Below are positions 12,831 through 25,880 of a DNA stretch of 64,000 nucleotides, in pieces. Origin of the DNA: Octopus bimaculoides. Lineage: Eukaryota. The position numbers were made by a program, and so were the translations under genes. The number at the start of each line of letters is the position of its first letter. The stretch's first letter is position 1. The stretch is from NCBI RefSeq assembly GCF_001194135.2, contig NC_068984.1, forward strand, positions 28,668,748 through 28,732,747, given 5' to 3'. A model generated the notes under the pieces. It saw only the letters and a program-made list of their open reading frames with translations, was not told the DNA's origin and did not search any database.

Positions 12831-15264
12831 TGATAATAGGATGGGAAATTGAAGAAAACTATTCTGGTTTGTACAATATTTATGGCAAGAAAATCTTTAC
12901 TAAATGTTTGATCAAAGGCACTCATAATTGCTTGAAAATTATTCAGTCAACAATGATAAATTGCATGATCAACTGAACTAATCATCCTTTTTTTTTTGTT
13001 ATATTGTATTTTAGTTATTATTTGATTTATAATCTTTTTTGTTATTTCTTTACTTTGCTTTTTTCAACTGCCATAAACTAGTTAGACAGAAAATATTTTG
13101 AAAGGCTAGGCAATTAATCAAAATAATGAATAACAGAACTTCAATATGAATGATTACATATTTAAAGTTTAATTGCTTTAAGTCACAGATAATTGGACTA
13201 ATGCATGATCACTGTTTTAGTATTCGAGCTTGTTATTGCAATATTTTACTTAATTGTTTTCTTATTTTTATCACAATTATAACTGAGGTTAGAAATGTTT
13301 ATCTTTACTATCTTCATGCATGATTTTGCCAATTCCACTGACTCAAAGTTCCTATCTTGTTCAGTCTTGAATAGCTTTAAAGTCATTTAGTTCCACAACC
13401 TGTCACTTTAAAACTAAGTAGCCTCCCTTGTTTGTTGTACTGCCATAAATCAATCAATCTTGCTTTGAAGTCATCTTCAGGTTTCTAGCAAGCACAATAC
13501 GTTTGTTAAAATGTTGAATAAAACCTGAGGACAGCAAAAAGTCTTAATCTTATGTCAGAGTTTAAGGTTCTCAGAACTTTTGTAAGCTTTAAAGCACTGA
13601 ACACTAATTCTAGTTGTAAATTTATATTTTGTGTATTCTCCATATTTTGGTGATGTAAATTTTTCAGATTTCGGGTAAATCAGTTATATGTTCAGTTTTC
13701 CTTTCTTACTGTAGATATGACATTAATATATTCAATTAGGATCTTTACTAGCAATCATTGTTAATTTGTGACTTATTACTTCCTCTCTCCCTTCTTTGGG
13801 CATATTCCAGTGGAAGATTACAGACTATAGTCCAGCAAATGCATGAAACATATATTATCACAAAGCATTCAAATATGAAAGCTTCAATTCTAGGAAGCAT
13901 TTAGACAGCTGCAAGGAAGTAGAAATTAAAATTTATATAAAAGCCTTTGTTAGAAATATTGTCGACATGAGTATTCAAAAGCTACACTAATTAGATAGGA
14001 ACAACCACAAATTAACATGCACTGGGAAATATTTGTCATTCAACAATTTATTATCTCATTTGCCTGTTACATTCCATTCAGCTCATCACAGTGCTGTATA
14101 ATTCTGCATAGGTTACAGTGGCATGGTTATTATTGAATTGATTATGTTTATATACTGAATTTTTCAGTTCATAATTAGGGCTGGCTAAATTCAAAATATA
14201 TAGTATACACATTTTTCTCTACATGTTTGCAATCTGACTATAATTTATTCTGTATTATCATTGGAAGGGTTTCAAGAGAATTGTTGATGAGAAACTTTAT
14301 TAACAAAATTCTACTCAGAGCCTCATGGTCCAGCTTTAAGGTATCTTCTTTTCCTTAATTTTGTATTTAGAGAGATGTTTGAAGCAATGAAATTAGAAAT
14401 TACCATGAAAAGCAACCAAATTCTTTAATTTTTATAGTTGTGTATTCATAATAAAATTAGCCAAATACATTCTTTAAAAGAAAGGTAAAACTGACAGATA
14501 TCCAAAGGGAACAAGAGAACTAAATATCAAAACACATTAAAATATGTTAAAAAATTCAGATAAAATCATAAATATTCTTGAGCATTTCAATATAGTATTT
14601 CTTTTCCTGATACAAAGTTAATAATAGTTTCTCTTCAAATGGAATATAATTTTCATCTTAAAGAAATTGTTTAAAAAATTAAGTGAAAATTTTTTGATTT
14701 CAGCCAGTAGAGAGTTAACAACAGTAATATAAAATTTACTCATACAAGAAAATTTTATCAACTTATATTAAATCTGTTCACGTCAATGTAATCAAATTAA
14801 AACTGTAAGAAACTTTAAAAAATTTATGGTCATGTCCAGAATTGCTAATCCTTCAGCTCATCCATGTGTGAAAAGTGTGAAGTATATGTGAATAATTCTA
14901 GGTATTATGGTGTATTTGTGGAGAATGAGATCTCACTTCCCTGCATTTTACTACATGGCAAACAAATTTATTCCTCTGTATAGATTAAGAAAAACTGAAA
15001 TTAAGATTAGGAAGAACCATCAAATTTTTTAAAAAAGGCTCAAAGAGATAGATCATGCAATAAATAAAATAAGTAAAAACACTTAAATCATATGTCAATA
15101 TTATTTAGTGAAAATAACTGAGGATGCTTTCCTCTATCTTTTTTTTTTTTTTGTCCTCATAAACTTTCCACATAATCATTCATTTTTTAACCTTTGATTA
15201 TGTATAAATACACTTGTAAAACTTCTGAATTATATAGAAAAGATATCATTTTCATAATACTCAC

Positions 15265-15469
15265 CTAATACAAATAGATTCACCTTGTTAATTTTTACAG
15301 GAACTGTATTAATTTGACAGTTGAATTGACCTTGATCAGATGGTTCCACATCCCTTATATGTAAGTTCCACTCACCAGGATGATCACGAACCACCATTAT
15401 ACGAACATCATCAGTAATTCGACGATCTCGCATCGTCAACAGTGTATGTCTTTGATTTGTCCATATAAC
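15265..15469 (-). CDS. Internal coding exon of an immunoglobulin-superfamily cell-surface protein (C-terminal half of a V/I-set Ig domain; lachesin/DIP/IgLON-like)
   Basis: Translates without stops as VIWTNQRHTLLTMRDRRITDDVRIMVVRDHPGEWNLHIRDVEPSDQGQFNCQINTVPVKINKVNLFVL-G. It shows the C-strand Trp, the LHIRDV E-strand, a DxGx(F)xC F-strand motif and a G-strand. Acceptor is ttctttttgtgttag|GTT and donor is TTAG|gtgagt. Length 205 nt, phase 0 to phase 1, the usual split of Ig domains. Subfamily assignment is from recalled similarity only. Confidence 0.9.
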
Positions 15470-15914
15470 CTAACACAAAAAGAACAAGAATAAAGATAAT
15501 ATTAGTACTAACATATAATAATAATAATTTCTCACATATGCAGGAAATAAAAATTGAAGGAAAAAATAGTCACATTGTTGGTTATTGTATTGGACACAAT
15601 TCATCATATCCAGAAAAATGAAATGGGGAAATCAAGTCCAACAGTGTTTGAACACAACATACAGAAAATAGAAAATAAATACTCTTAGATATTTTATCAA
15701 ATAATACACCGTTTCTTTTAAACAACATTAACAATCTGAATCAACAAGGGAGCCTATTTACTAGTTTTCACTTAACCTACAAGAAATAGCAACTAAATCT
15801 TCCATAAATCATACATCAGCATTTTAAATGGTAAATGATGTTACATTAGATACTTTCTGGAAAATAAAACAACTGTGTTCATAAGTTTGCTAAATCAGAG
15901 CTGACTTAGAGTTA

Positions 15915-16285
15915 ATGAGTAACGATAACACTCAAGCACATGCTTACAAAATCAAAAAAAAACAACACAGAACCCATGACTTTCAGAAGCATTTTTTCAT
16001 GTGCAGAATTTCTGAAGCATGGAATAAACTACCTGCATCAGTTGTTAACTGTCAAGACATTACATTCTTCAAAGCTTTCATACTTCTTGAAATTTGCCAA
16101 CAGTACACCTGATGCTCCCCACCCACCGTTTCTTCTTCTTTATTTTTTTTTCAGGCCTTTTTTTCACTGTTCACTCCCTGTGTATATTTTATGTACTGTA
16201 CATGCAGTTTTGGTTACTTTTTTTCTGATGAGTTTTAGTGCGCCTGAGTACTATATACAATAAGTGCATTATTATTATTATTATA
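15915..16285 (+). mobile_element. 5'-truncated CR1/L2-group LINE 3' end with (ATT)n tail
   Basis: Translation NTQAHAYKIKK...QKHFFMCRISEAWNKLPASVVNC...FK matches the RGHxxKL...RxxFFxxRVVxxWNxLPxxVV...FK C-terminal motif of CR1-group ORF2. It is followed by a 3' UTR and attattattatt. Confidence 0.8.
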
Positions 16286-16289
16286 ATTG

Positions 16290-16495
16290 CTTGCACACTG
16301 GATGGAATTCTTAGCATCACTACATTCTGAGTTCAAATTCCGCCGAGGTCAACTTTGCCTTTCATCTTTTTGGGGTTGATAAATTAAGTACCGCTTACGC
16401 AATGGGGTTGACATAATCGACTAATCCCCTCCCACCAAATTTCAGGCCTTGTGCCTATAGTAGAAAGAATTATTATTGTTATTATGACATCAGTA
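16290..16495 (+). mobile_element. tRNA-derived SINE, 5'-truncated, with (ATT)n-like tail
   Basis: Contains gagttcaaattccgccgaggtcaactttgcctttcatctttttggggttgataaattaagtacc, a B-box followed by a conserved block resembling Sauria/Meta-type SINE cores as I recall them. Related decayed copies lie at about 21130-21250 (-), 27600-27680 (+) and 37835-37970 (-). Confidence 0.7.
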
Positions 16496-18719
16496 ATCAA
16501 CATTCGTATTTGTTAAGGTAACTCTGAACGTGAATATGGCAGTACTGGGCAAAATTGTGTTTACCCTAATAAAACAATCTGGCAAAATAGTGTACAGTAA
16601 TACTTTACAAGTTAAACAAGGTGAAAAAAGATGTTCTTTGATTCATTCAAACAGAATATGAAAAGAAAAAATTGTATTAAGAATATACAACAAATAGAGA
16701 AGAGAAGAGATTGTGGAAACAACAAATTAATCCTGCCAAAGAGATTCTGTGCAAGTTGCTTTAGAAATATAATCATCTTTCCCTTTCCAACAGAACCAAG
16801 TATTCAAAACAAATAATGAAATAATCTAGTAAACCTCAAAATAAACCAAGTTCTGAGCAAAGAATATGCTTAAGAAAAGAAGGTCAATCAAATTCAGAGC
16901 ATATATGGAGACAAAGTATACAGCATGTTATGCAATGAGTAAGAAAGAAAATAAATATGAGTTCCTTTTTTACCAAATCAAATACTTGCATAAGTAGCAG
17001 AAAATTCACAGACAATCAAAAACACTACCAATGAGCTGATGACGGTACCTCTATATGGTTGTTTGCCTAGTTAGAAATAAAAGCTAAATAATACTAGTTG
17101 TACTGACTATATTGTAGATCATGAACCAAAACAAACACTGTACTAAGCCCTACAATTTCACATAATTAGTCTAATAAAGAAGCCACTAAACTGTCACACA
17201 ACCTGCTAGGAATAGCAATTAATCTCCCTCAAATCATACCTTACCACTTTGGAGAAAGGCGAATGAGCAGAGAAAGGTAAATGAAGAGAGAGCAGTAAAT
17301 GAGTAGAGAATGCTCATTTGTTTGCAAGGACTGTTTAATCTTGTATTGATGAGGACAAGATAACCTCCCAAATGCTGGTGCCATGATGAGACGCACCCAA
17401 TACATTCTTTAAAGTGGCTGGTAATTGCAAAGACATCCAGCTGAAGAAATAGAGCCAAAATGAACTGTACAAGGTGTGGTCCTCCATACCATATACAAAA
17501 CCAGTAGTGCCTACAAAGAACTGACCCCAACCCTCTTGAGCCATCACATAGTGGCACAGCAAGGAAGTCCCTGTTGTGCTCTCTCTATTAATGTATTAAG
17601 TCTGTTAGAAAATAGAGATTTTGACAAAATGCAGCAGTCCAGCATAAAAATCATAAGAATATAACTATTGCACAAATTTGGATGAAATTTGCCGATGCTA
17701 TATAATGATCATTGATATACATTGTGAATATAGTTTTTCTCTGTTGTTTTTGATTATTACTTGTTGTCATGGTCTTTCACTAACCAAGGTAGATAAAATA
17801 TAGTTGACTGCACATAAGTTGTTTCTTTTCTCGCATATATTTATAAGATATCGATTCTTGGGAATCGATTTCCTAATTAAATCATAAATAAATAATGATG
17901 AATAAATCACTAATAAATGATATCACCAGCTTTTGACATCAAAACAACAACACTATTTGAACTGTGGTTTCAAGTACTTCAGGATTTGGCAATAGATGAG
18001 GATATCTATAGTGCAGGACTTTAACAGTTAATAATAATAATTTCCTCTCCTTCTTTGCATTATTGCCTTATTTCCATTATAGAGAGCTCTATGATGGAAT
18101 AGAGAGCTCTAAGCTCATATAATTGTTGCTTATGAATGTGCTTAAGATTTTTTCTAAAGGTGAAAAACAAACAAATACATCTCTTTAATTATGAATGTCT
18201 GAACTGAAGATTTAGGGAGAGAATTTGCTGTTAAAAGAAATATGCTACATTGACAATGAAAAGGAATAAATCTGTACTTAAAGACAAAATTCAATTAGCT
18301 TCAAAGAGAAATACTGTTTGTTTGAAGAGGATGTCTTACATACTATCATTGAGTTATAGAATTAAATCAAGGATTAAGAGGGAAATGAAAAAAAGAATAT
18401 ATATGTGTGTATATATATATATATATATGAATATATTTGTGTGTGTGTGTGTGTGTGTGCATGCACATGTATGTGAAACAAAAAACTATTTTTTAAAAGT
18501 ATACAATTCTCACATTCTTACAGATTCAATTACACCAGTTACAGTATGAAATATAGTAAAACTATTACAAATTAGATAAAAGCAGAAATGCATGTTAGAC
18601 AGGACTATTAAACATATGGAAACTACGCTATTATCCACAATCCAACTTGATATGTCTTTAAATAACTAGAAAATGATGGGGCTGGGAGTATTGAATAGGA
18701 ATTGAATGAAGAAATGTGT

Positions 18720-19020
18720 ATCAGCATCATTGATTTAATGTCCACTCTTCCATGATTGCATGGGTTGAATGGAGTTTATTGAAGTACAATTTTCTACAGC
18801 TGTATGCCATTCCAGTTGCCAAACCTTATCTGTTTCCAAAGAGTATAATATTCTCCCACGGTCAAATATGTTTTTGCATGATGCTGGTCATAATGACATT
18901 CATTTACAAAAGTCATGTGACGTCAAGACAGAATACTACTCACACTTACGTACACACATATATATGACAGGCTTCTTTCAGCTTCTGCCAACCAAAATCA
19001 ATTTCATAAGTTTAGACAGA
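18720..19020 (-). mobile_element. SINE-like element with RTE-type tail (family also at 39955-40265 and 62845-63245)
   Basis: The reverse complement reads gaagctgaaagaagcctgtc-(TA/TG)n...ggcatacagctgtagaaaa...caacccatgcaatcatggaagagtggacattaaa-(tga). The same block order recurs in the other two copies. Confidence 0.65.
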
Positions 19021-20332
19021 ATTTTAAGGGAAAATTTTTGAAGTTAATAAAATAGTAGAATTTCAAGAAATTATTTCAAGTCATGTTTGTTGCCAATTCA
19101 ACATGGCTGTTCTGTTTGAATGGATATTATTGCGATTTTTTAACCCTAAGAAGACATTTCCTCTAACTGGTTAATGATGCACACTTGCATCTGACATATT
19201 GCGAGTAGGGGAGTGAACCCTTACCACCTTCTAGTGATGGGACCAGTAATAAATATTTCACAGTAATTCATACTATACTCTGAAATAGAAGTGTCTAAAT
19301 TGTCCTTTGGAGAGAAACAAAAACATTATAGGTCTCATCACTAGGACACAAAACCAATTTTCTAGAAACAGGAATACATATTAATTAAAAAGATTACCAT
19401 AAATGTTTCAATTACATATGCTTTCCAACCTATTTTATATATTTGTGCTTAAATATCCCTACTATATTCTGTTAATATAGATCAGAAGAAAAGTTATAAT
19501 CTTCCAGCAATTTCTGGCAAAAGTAAATTCTCTTGGTTGTTGTAAGCCAGTTTGTGAGTCTATATCAAATCATATGGACATTCCCCTATCACTTCTTCAT
19601 CTACTATGAAATATCTATATAATATAAAATTAAACTCAGGGAAAAAATATGGAAAGAGATATGTTTCAAAAATATGACACAGCAATAGATCAAATTTTAA
19701 AGATAAAACAAAATTAATATAACATTTCAACAGGGAAAAAAAAAAGTTAAATCTGTAAGTAGAATAAACAGAAAATGTGAAAAGTGTGTTTAATTTGTCT
19801 GTTTCAAATTCTTTCTTGTCTAAAATATAATTAAAAAGAAAGAAAAGAAAAAAAGTTTCATTGAATATTATATTGCAACTATAATTCTTTTATCTTTTCT
19901 ATTTATTCTGTTCCACTTTATCCTTTATAGAAGAACAGGTCATATTTTCTAAGAAAGGTAACTCATCTGAACCTATTGCCTATTAGTCAATAACTTTCAC
20001 ACCAAACACATCTACTGGAGTGGAAACTATACATTAATAATACACACATGCACAAGCTTCAAATTGTTTACTTCCATAACCAACCATCAGCATGGACTCC
20101 CCTAGTTCATTGGTGATCTTACATCTTATTTAGAAAAAGAAACATTGTTGGTCTTCACATAAGTGATAATGAGATGGAAAAATTTCCCAGAGATGTGTTG
20201 TGCATGTAAAACTCAAGGAAGGGAGTACTAATATAATGTAATGATAAAAAAAAAAAGAATTAAAATAACACATAATGAAAAGAGAAACTATCAGTGTTAA
20301 GAAGAAATTGTCAAAGCCAAGGGAGATCATTA

Positions 20333-20614
20333 ATCATCATCATTGTTTAACGTCCGCTTTCCATGCTAGCATGGGTTGGACGATTTGACTGAGGACTGGT
20401 GAACCAGATGGCTACACCAGGCTCCAATCTGATTTGGCAGAGCTTCTACAGCTGGATGCTCTTCCTAACGCCAACCACTCTGAGTGTGTAGTGGGTGCGT
20501 TTATGTGACATTGACACGAGGGCCAGTCAGGCGGTACTGGAGCCAGTCCAGCAGCACTGGGTTGAATATTTTTTCACATGCCACTGGCACAAGTGCCAGT
20601 AAGGCGACACTGGT
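20333..20614 (-). mobile_element. Relatively young RTE-tail retroposon copy
   Basis: The reverse complement ends ...cccatgctagcatggaaagcggacgttaaacaatgatgatgat and is highly similar by eye to 56850-57056. Confidence 0.85.
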
Positions 20615-21398
20615 TCTGAATAAAAATCCGTTACAACTTGCACAAATTTCTTTTAACAAAGACTGTGTGCTAAACATTAATTGCTACTTCATCTCAAATC
20701 AGAGCAATGTACATGTAGTCTTTTTAAAATTCTTATATAATTCATGTTGACAACCTTGTCTTGGCAACCAATTCTAGACATGATCCTACTTTACACACGC
20801 ATTTGTCCACTTGTCACTAACCCTCACACATGTAGACAAGAAGGTCTCAATCATTCAATATCAACTATAATTCTGTACATGTGTGTGCTGGCCTTGATAA
20901 GGCATTTTGAGGAAGACTAAAAGTTACCACCTATGAATGCAAGTATCCTTTTTCCATGTCACTGACTTTTATCCAATAGAAAGACTGTATCAGAAAGTCT
21001 TGTGCTTAACTATATCTACCCAAATCAGCTGATATTTTGACACCAGTGTTGTTGCAGGTGTTGCTGTAAGAATGCAAAGAGCTGGAATAGATACTGCAAG
21101 ACATTTTGATTGATATTCTAACATCTCCAACAGTCCTTCACCCTGAATTGGTAAGAGGCAAAGTTGCATCTCAGCAGGATTTCAACTCAGAGCAATGACA
21201 GCTGAAACAAACACTGCAAGGCATTTCTATTCAATACTCTATTGGCTCTGCTAATTAGCTGCCTTTTGTCAACAAGTAGCAACAAATAAAATCAGTCTTA
21301 CACATATATATATAATGACATATTAGAATATGTAGCTTTACATCCATGTGCAAGATTTAGGAATATATTTTTCATGTTCAGGAAAATCCTTAACAAAC

Positions 21399-21429
<31 letters not shown>

Positions 21430-24400
21430 CTGTGTGTGTGTATACATCCAGGCACATCTATTGGAGTAAGATATGGGAATTACATGAGAGAAACAGGACC
21501 AACCCAAATGCAATTAGAACAATCAGAGAAAGCAAATTTTAACATCAGTCAACCTTTAATGTTGATAAAATATTTACAATGAAATATTAAAAGCAACTAA
21601 ATCAAAAATGGAATTACAAGAATTAGTGAAAAGACTATTATTAGATGTGACTTTAAATACTACCTTCCTGCCGATAACAAAATAATGTCAGTAATAAACT
21701 GCAATTGGAGACAAAAAAAAAATCAGAAAAGTAGTTGTGAACATAATATTTGGTTTGAGTAATGTAGGTTAATTCGTCCAAGCATTATAACGTCACATAA
21801 GCACGTGACACTAAAAATCCTCATAATCAGTAAAAATCAGCAATGACATTGATGTATATTTATACTCTTAAAAATGTTAAGAAAGAACAAAAAGGCAACA
21901 GGATTCAATCCTTAGAATCAGTGAAATAGAGAGTATTACTTCTAAATAAATGAGAAAAATCTCATGTGGCCTAAGCCCAGGGCCTAATTTTACAGCACAA
22001 ATACATATGAACAGGACTCATATTGTATTGGCAATAGGATCTAATTCAATTTATCACTTAACCCACTCAAAATAGAGGTGAAATCTCTTTTAAACATACC
22101 CTACAAAGAAAAGTGGAAGGATGCATTAGATAATGTGGTTTTAGCCCCGGATGAAAGATGGGGTAGTCAGGGTTGAAATATTTTTGATCATAAGCCTATC
22201 AGACAAAACTGACCTGGGCTAAAGAATAACATTAAAAACCTTTTATCACATTATTGTTTTTAGTCCATAACTATAAGATGAAGAAAGAAAAACGTAGCAG
22301 AGCTTGTAGAGCAATGCATATGGAATGTCATAAGATAACAATAAGAATGATAAACAGAGTTTTAAGTAGAAAGACATAGCTATAGAAGTCACTATTCTGG
22401 GGAATGTGAAACTGAAAATATTTAGGTTTCTTGAAGAGTCTTTAATGTCGAAGAAAGTTCGTAATCATATGGTAGACCATCTACAGAATAAAGTACTCCT
22501 TAAAGATGAAAATACTCTCAAGAAAGGATTAAAAAAAAGTAAGCTAAATGATAAATAATTCTATACTAGATGCTGTTATTCCAGCATAGTTTTAATAAAG
22601 AACTAGTAACACAACAATTTTTATAACTACACAACCCAGTCCAGAAAGTGATATCTAGTTATAATTCTAATAAAATAACTAGCTGATTCTACAAATGGTA
22701 ATGATGAAGAAAAGGATAGAGTAGTATAACTGTGTATAGAATAAATAAATCTCTGGAAAATACAGAAAGAAAAATCAGTATAGATTAACATACATTACCA
22801 AATGTTTGGACATATAAACTATAATCTGAATTGTTTCCCTGGTTTATAGCAATGAAAAATATTGTTTCATTTGTTATAATGAAAACAACAGCAGAAAGAA
22901 AAATAACAATGGTAAATTATTTTATAAGTGTAAAAATTTCATTATCAGCTTTTACTTAATTTGTGATTTTTCAAAATTCCCAGTGAAAGAGTAACCAAAC
23001 ATACACAGAAATATCTTTCACCAAACTGAATGTAATCCCTTGGGTTGATAATGCCCATAAATTTATAAAGTGAAACAATATTGACTAAACTTTATATGCA
23101 ACCTTATACACTTTATGATGCCAATATAATAAGAAAGTTAGAGGAAGAAGATATAGTTGTAGTCATGAGTAAACCAATTTAGAATTTCTGTAACAAACAT
23201 GTTACTGCAACTTACACAGTAACATTACCAGCACTTAGAAATAAAACTACTTCAGTTTTAAACGGATGCACGTTTTACTTTCTTTTGAGGAATTTCCTTC
23301 AAATTATTAGTATTTAAGAGTAAAATGAAGATGTTAAAATTGTGTCTCAGATGTCTACTATGTCTGGAAAATACTCTGATCTATAACAAAGATATCTCAG
23401 CTAAACCCAATCCAATTTTATCTTTAGAAAGTGATAAATGAAATGTGTGTATGTGTGTGTGCTTATGTACAGGTGTCATTGTGTGAGAGTATTTATGAGT
23501 ATGTAAAAATGCATTGTGTAAGGATTGCTCCTTTCTTTTGGCCCTAACACAGAGAGTTTAAGGAACAAATGACTGATGAAGTTTTACCATTTCTGCAGAG
23601 GGCAAAGTGCTGCTCTACATGGAAGAACAGATGGTATATCAACATAAAGGTAAAAATAAATATTAGTGAATTTTTTACAGTGTCCTTGGGTTGTCTAACA
23701 TATTTAAGAAATAAAGAATAAATAACAACACTGTTCAATTCCAGTGTAGCCTTATTGAAATGAAGGCTTTATAAAGAAAAAGAAATTTGAATATTTCACT
23801 GAAGTTCTGCTAATTGATAAGATGAAAAATAAATAAATAAATAAATATTTTTGTTTCACTTAGTTATATAAAATAAACTTTCATTAGCAAATTTTGCAAG
23901 TAAACAGTTTGGTAAAATAGTCAATCAGCACTAGATTCATTCTTTGCTAGTATTTTCAATTTGGTGTCCAATATAATTCAGTGAGACTGATCTTAAGTTA
24001 AGTAGTGGTGCTAACATAAAAACTTCATTTTGACAGATATTGAAAATGTTTGTTTGCTGCTTATGAAATCATGAGGTCAAAAGTAAGATTAAGAAAGAGA
24101 TTCTAAAGTGGTCAATATACTGCAGTTTGGTGTAGAAGCAAAATGTATTTACTGACATTTAGTTAATCCTGCTTTATTATTGGGCATAAGATTAAGAAAA
24201 GGTACTTGGCTGCACCTGCAACTGAATATAAAGATGGCTTGGATACTTTAATGAAACACTTATCTTTTACATCACCATTCATAGTGCTCAAGAAATTTCA
24301 TTTTACAAAGATAAGAAGGTTAAATGTTGAACAATTTCCAAAATTTTCTCTTTAATCCATGCAAAAGTCAACACATTGACTAAATCAAATTTGAATAGTA

Positions 24401-25689
24401 ATCATAACCACCACTACCATCATTTTTGTGTTAATCTTGCCATTCTAGTTTTACATAGACAAAGCTGTACATACAGCATATCACCACACAGAATATTGTT
24501 ATTTTTATCTGTGAAGAGCAATACCTACAGATCTGGCCGCACTACTTTTCCCATGTTTACATTAACTTTATAGTACTGAGCACTTTTTTTTAACTCACTA
24601 CCTATCTCACTACATACAGTCACTCTTTTGCACAAAGAGTAAAATGCATTAGTATTGTTTCTGTTGTTAAGTGCTCTAGGTCAACCATTATCTAGCAGGC
24701 CAATGATCATTAGCATTCCAACTCTGGCTGTTCTTTGTGTTTTATTTATTTATTTTTTTGGACATAATGTATCCAGGACTACACTATCTAATGTATCCTT
24801 CTATTTTTAAGGTGTTAGTGCATGATTTGAGAGGGACTTGGTTTTTTTTTTACAGGTTGAGTAACAGCCCATTAAGTCTTTTTGCTAATAGAACTAAATG
24901 TGACTACTTATTCACTAAATTCTCTATGCCAGTATTAATTATGCACTTCTGATAAATAAAAAAAGCTTCCTACAGATAATATACTAACAAAAAATAATTA
25001 CATTGTTCAAAAACATTCACAACAATAAGGATGAAAATAAGCTCAAATTATGTTGTGGCCATAGTTTTTAAAGCAAAGGTGAATATTACTGTGAATATAA
25101 TAAAATAAAAAATCTAATAATTTGAACCTAATAAATGCACACAAACTATGTTTTGTTTTGGTTTGCTATGGTTTTTTTAAAAGCAAAGGTGAGTTTCATT
25201 GTGAATGTAATAAAACAAATCCAAGAAAAAACTATAATAAATTCACTTCTTTGATTAGAACAAAAATTGATGACTGATTCTAATTCTTTAAAGTTGAAAT
25301 ATTCATTGTGAACAAATTTCACAATGCTACTGATGCAGTTCGGTTGTTTCCAAAATCATTGTATTGAACACATATGCAGGTTGCATTATCCCACTTTTTT
25401 TATTTTCTTTCTGTCCATCTATTTATTTTAAATGCTCGGTCTAGAGGAAGAAGCAGAAGCAGAGCCTATTTCCTTCACAACTCTTCAAGACCAATGGAAC
25501 TGATGCTGTTTATATTTTACCTAAACTCTGTATATCAATAACTGTTGGTAGACATGTGCAGTGAGAGAAAACTAGAAAGAGGGCTTAATGTAGGACACAA
25601 AATTGATGAGAGGGGGATATGTAAATGGGTTTAAAGTGCTTAGCACATCTGTAGAGTGTAATGCTAAGTGAATTCATACAAATCTATCA

Positions 25690-25880
25690 AATATCTTTTC
25701 TCTGGACACAGTCTAGGATGTGTGTGCATGTAGCAGCAGTACGATTCCAAATATTGGAACAATACTCCACTGTGAGTCTTGCTTGAACTTTGTAGAAGGT
25801 TAGAAGTTGTTAATGGGGGAGAAATGTTCAGAGATCTTGATCATGGACAAGAGATGATCAAGTTGCCAGCGGATGATGTT
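25690..25880 (-). mobile_element. Decayed CR1/Jockey-group LINE ORF2 fragment
   Basis: Minus-strand translation LLTFYKVQARLTVEYCSNIWNRTAATCTHILDCVQRK matches the LxxLYKxxVRPxxEYCSxxW...LDxVQRR motif downstream of the RT domain. Confidence 0.7.
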
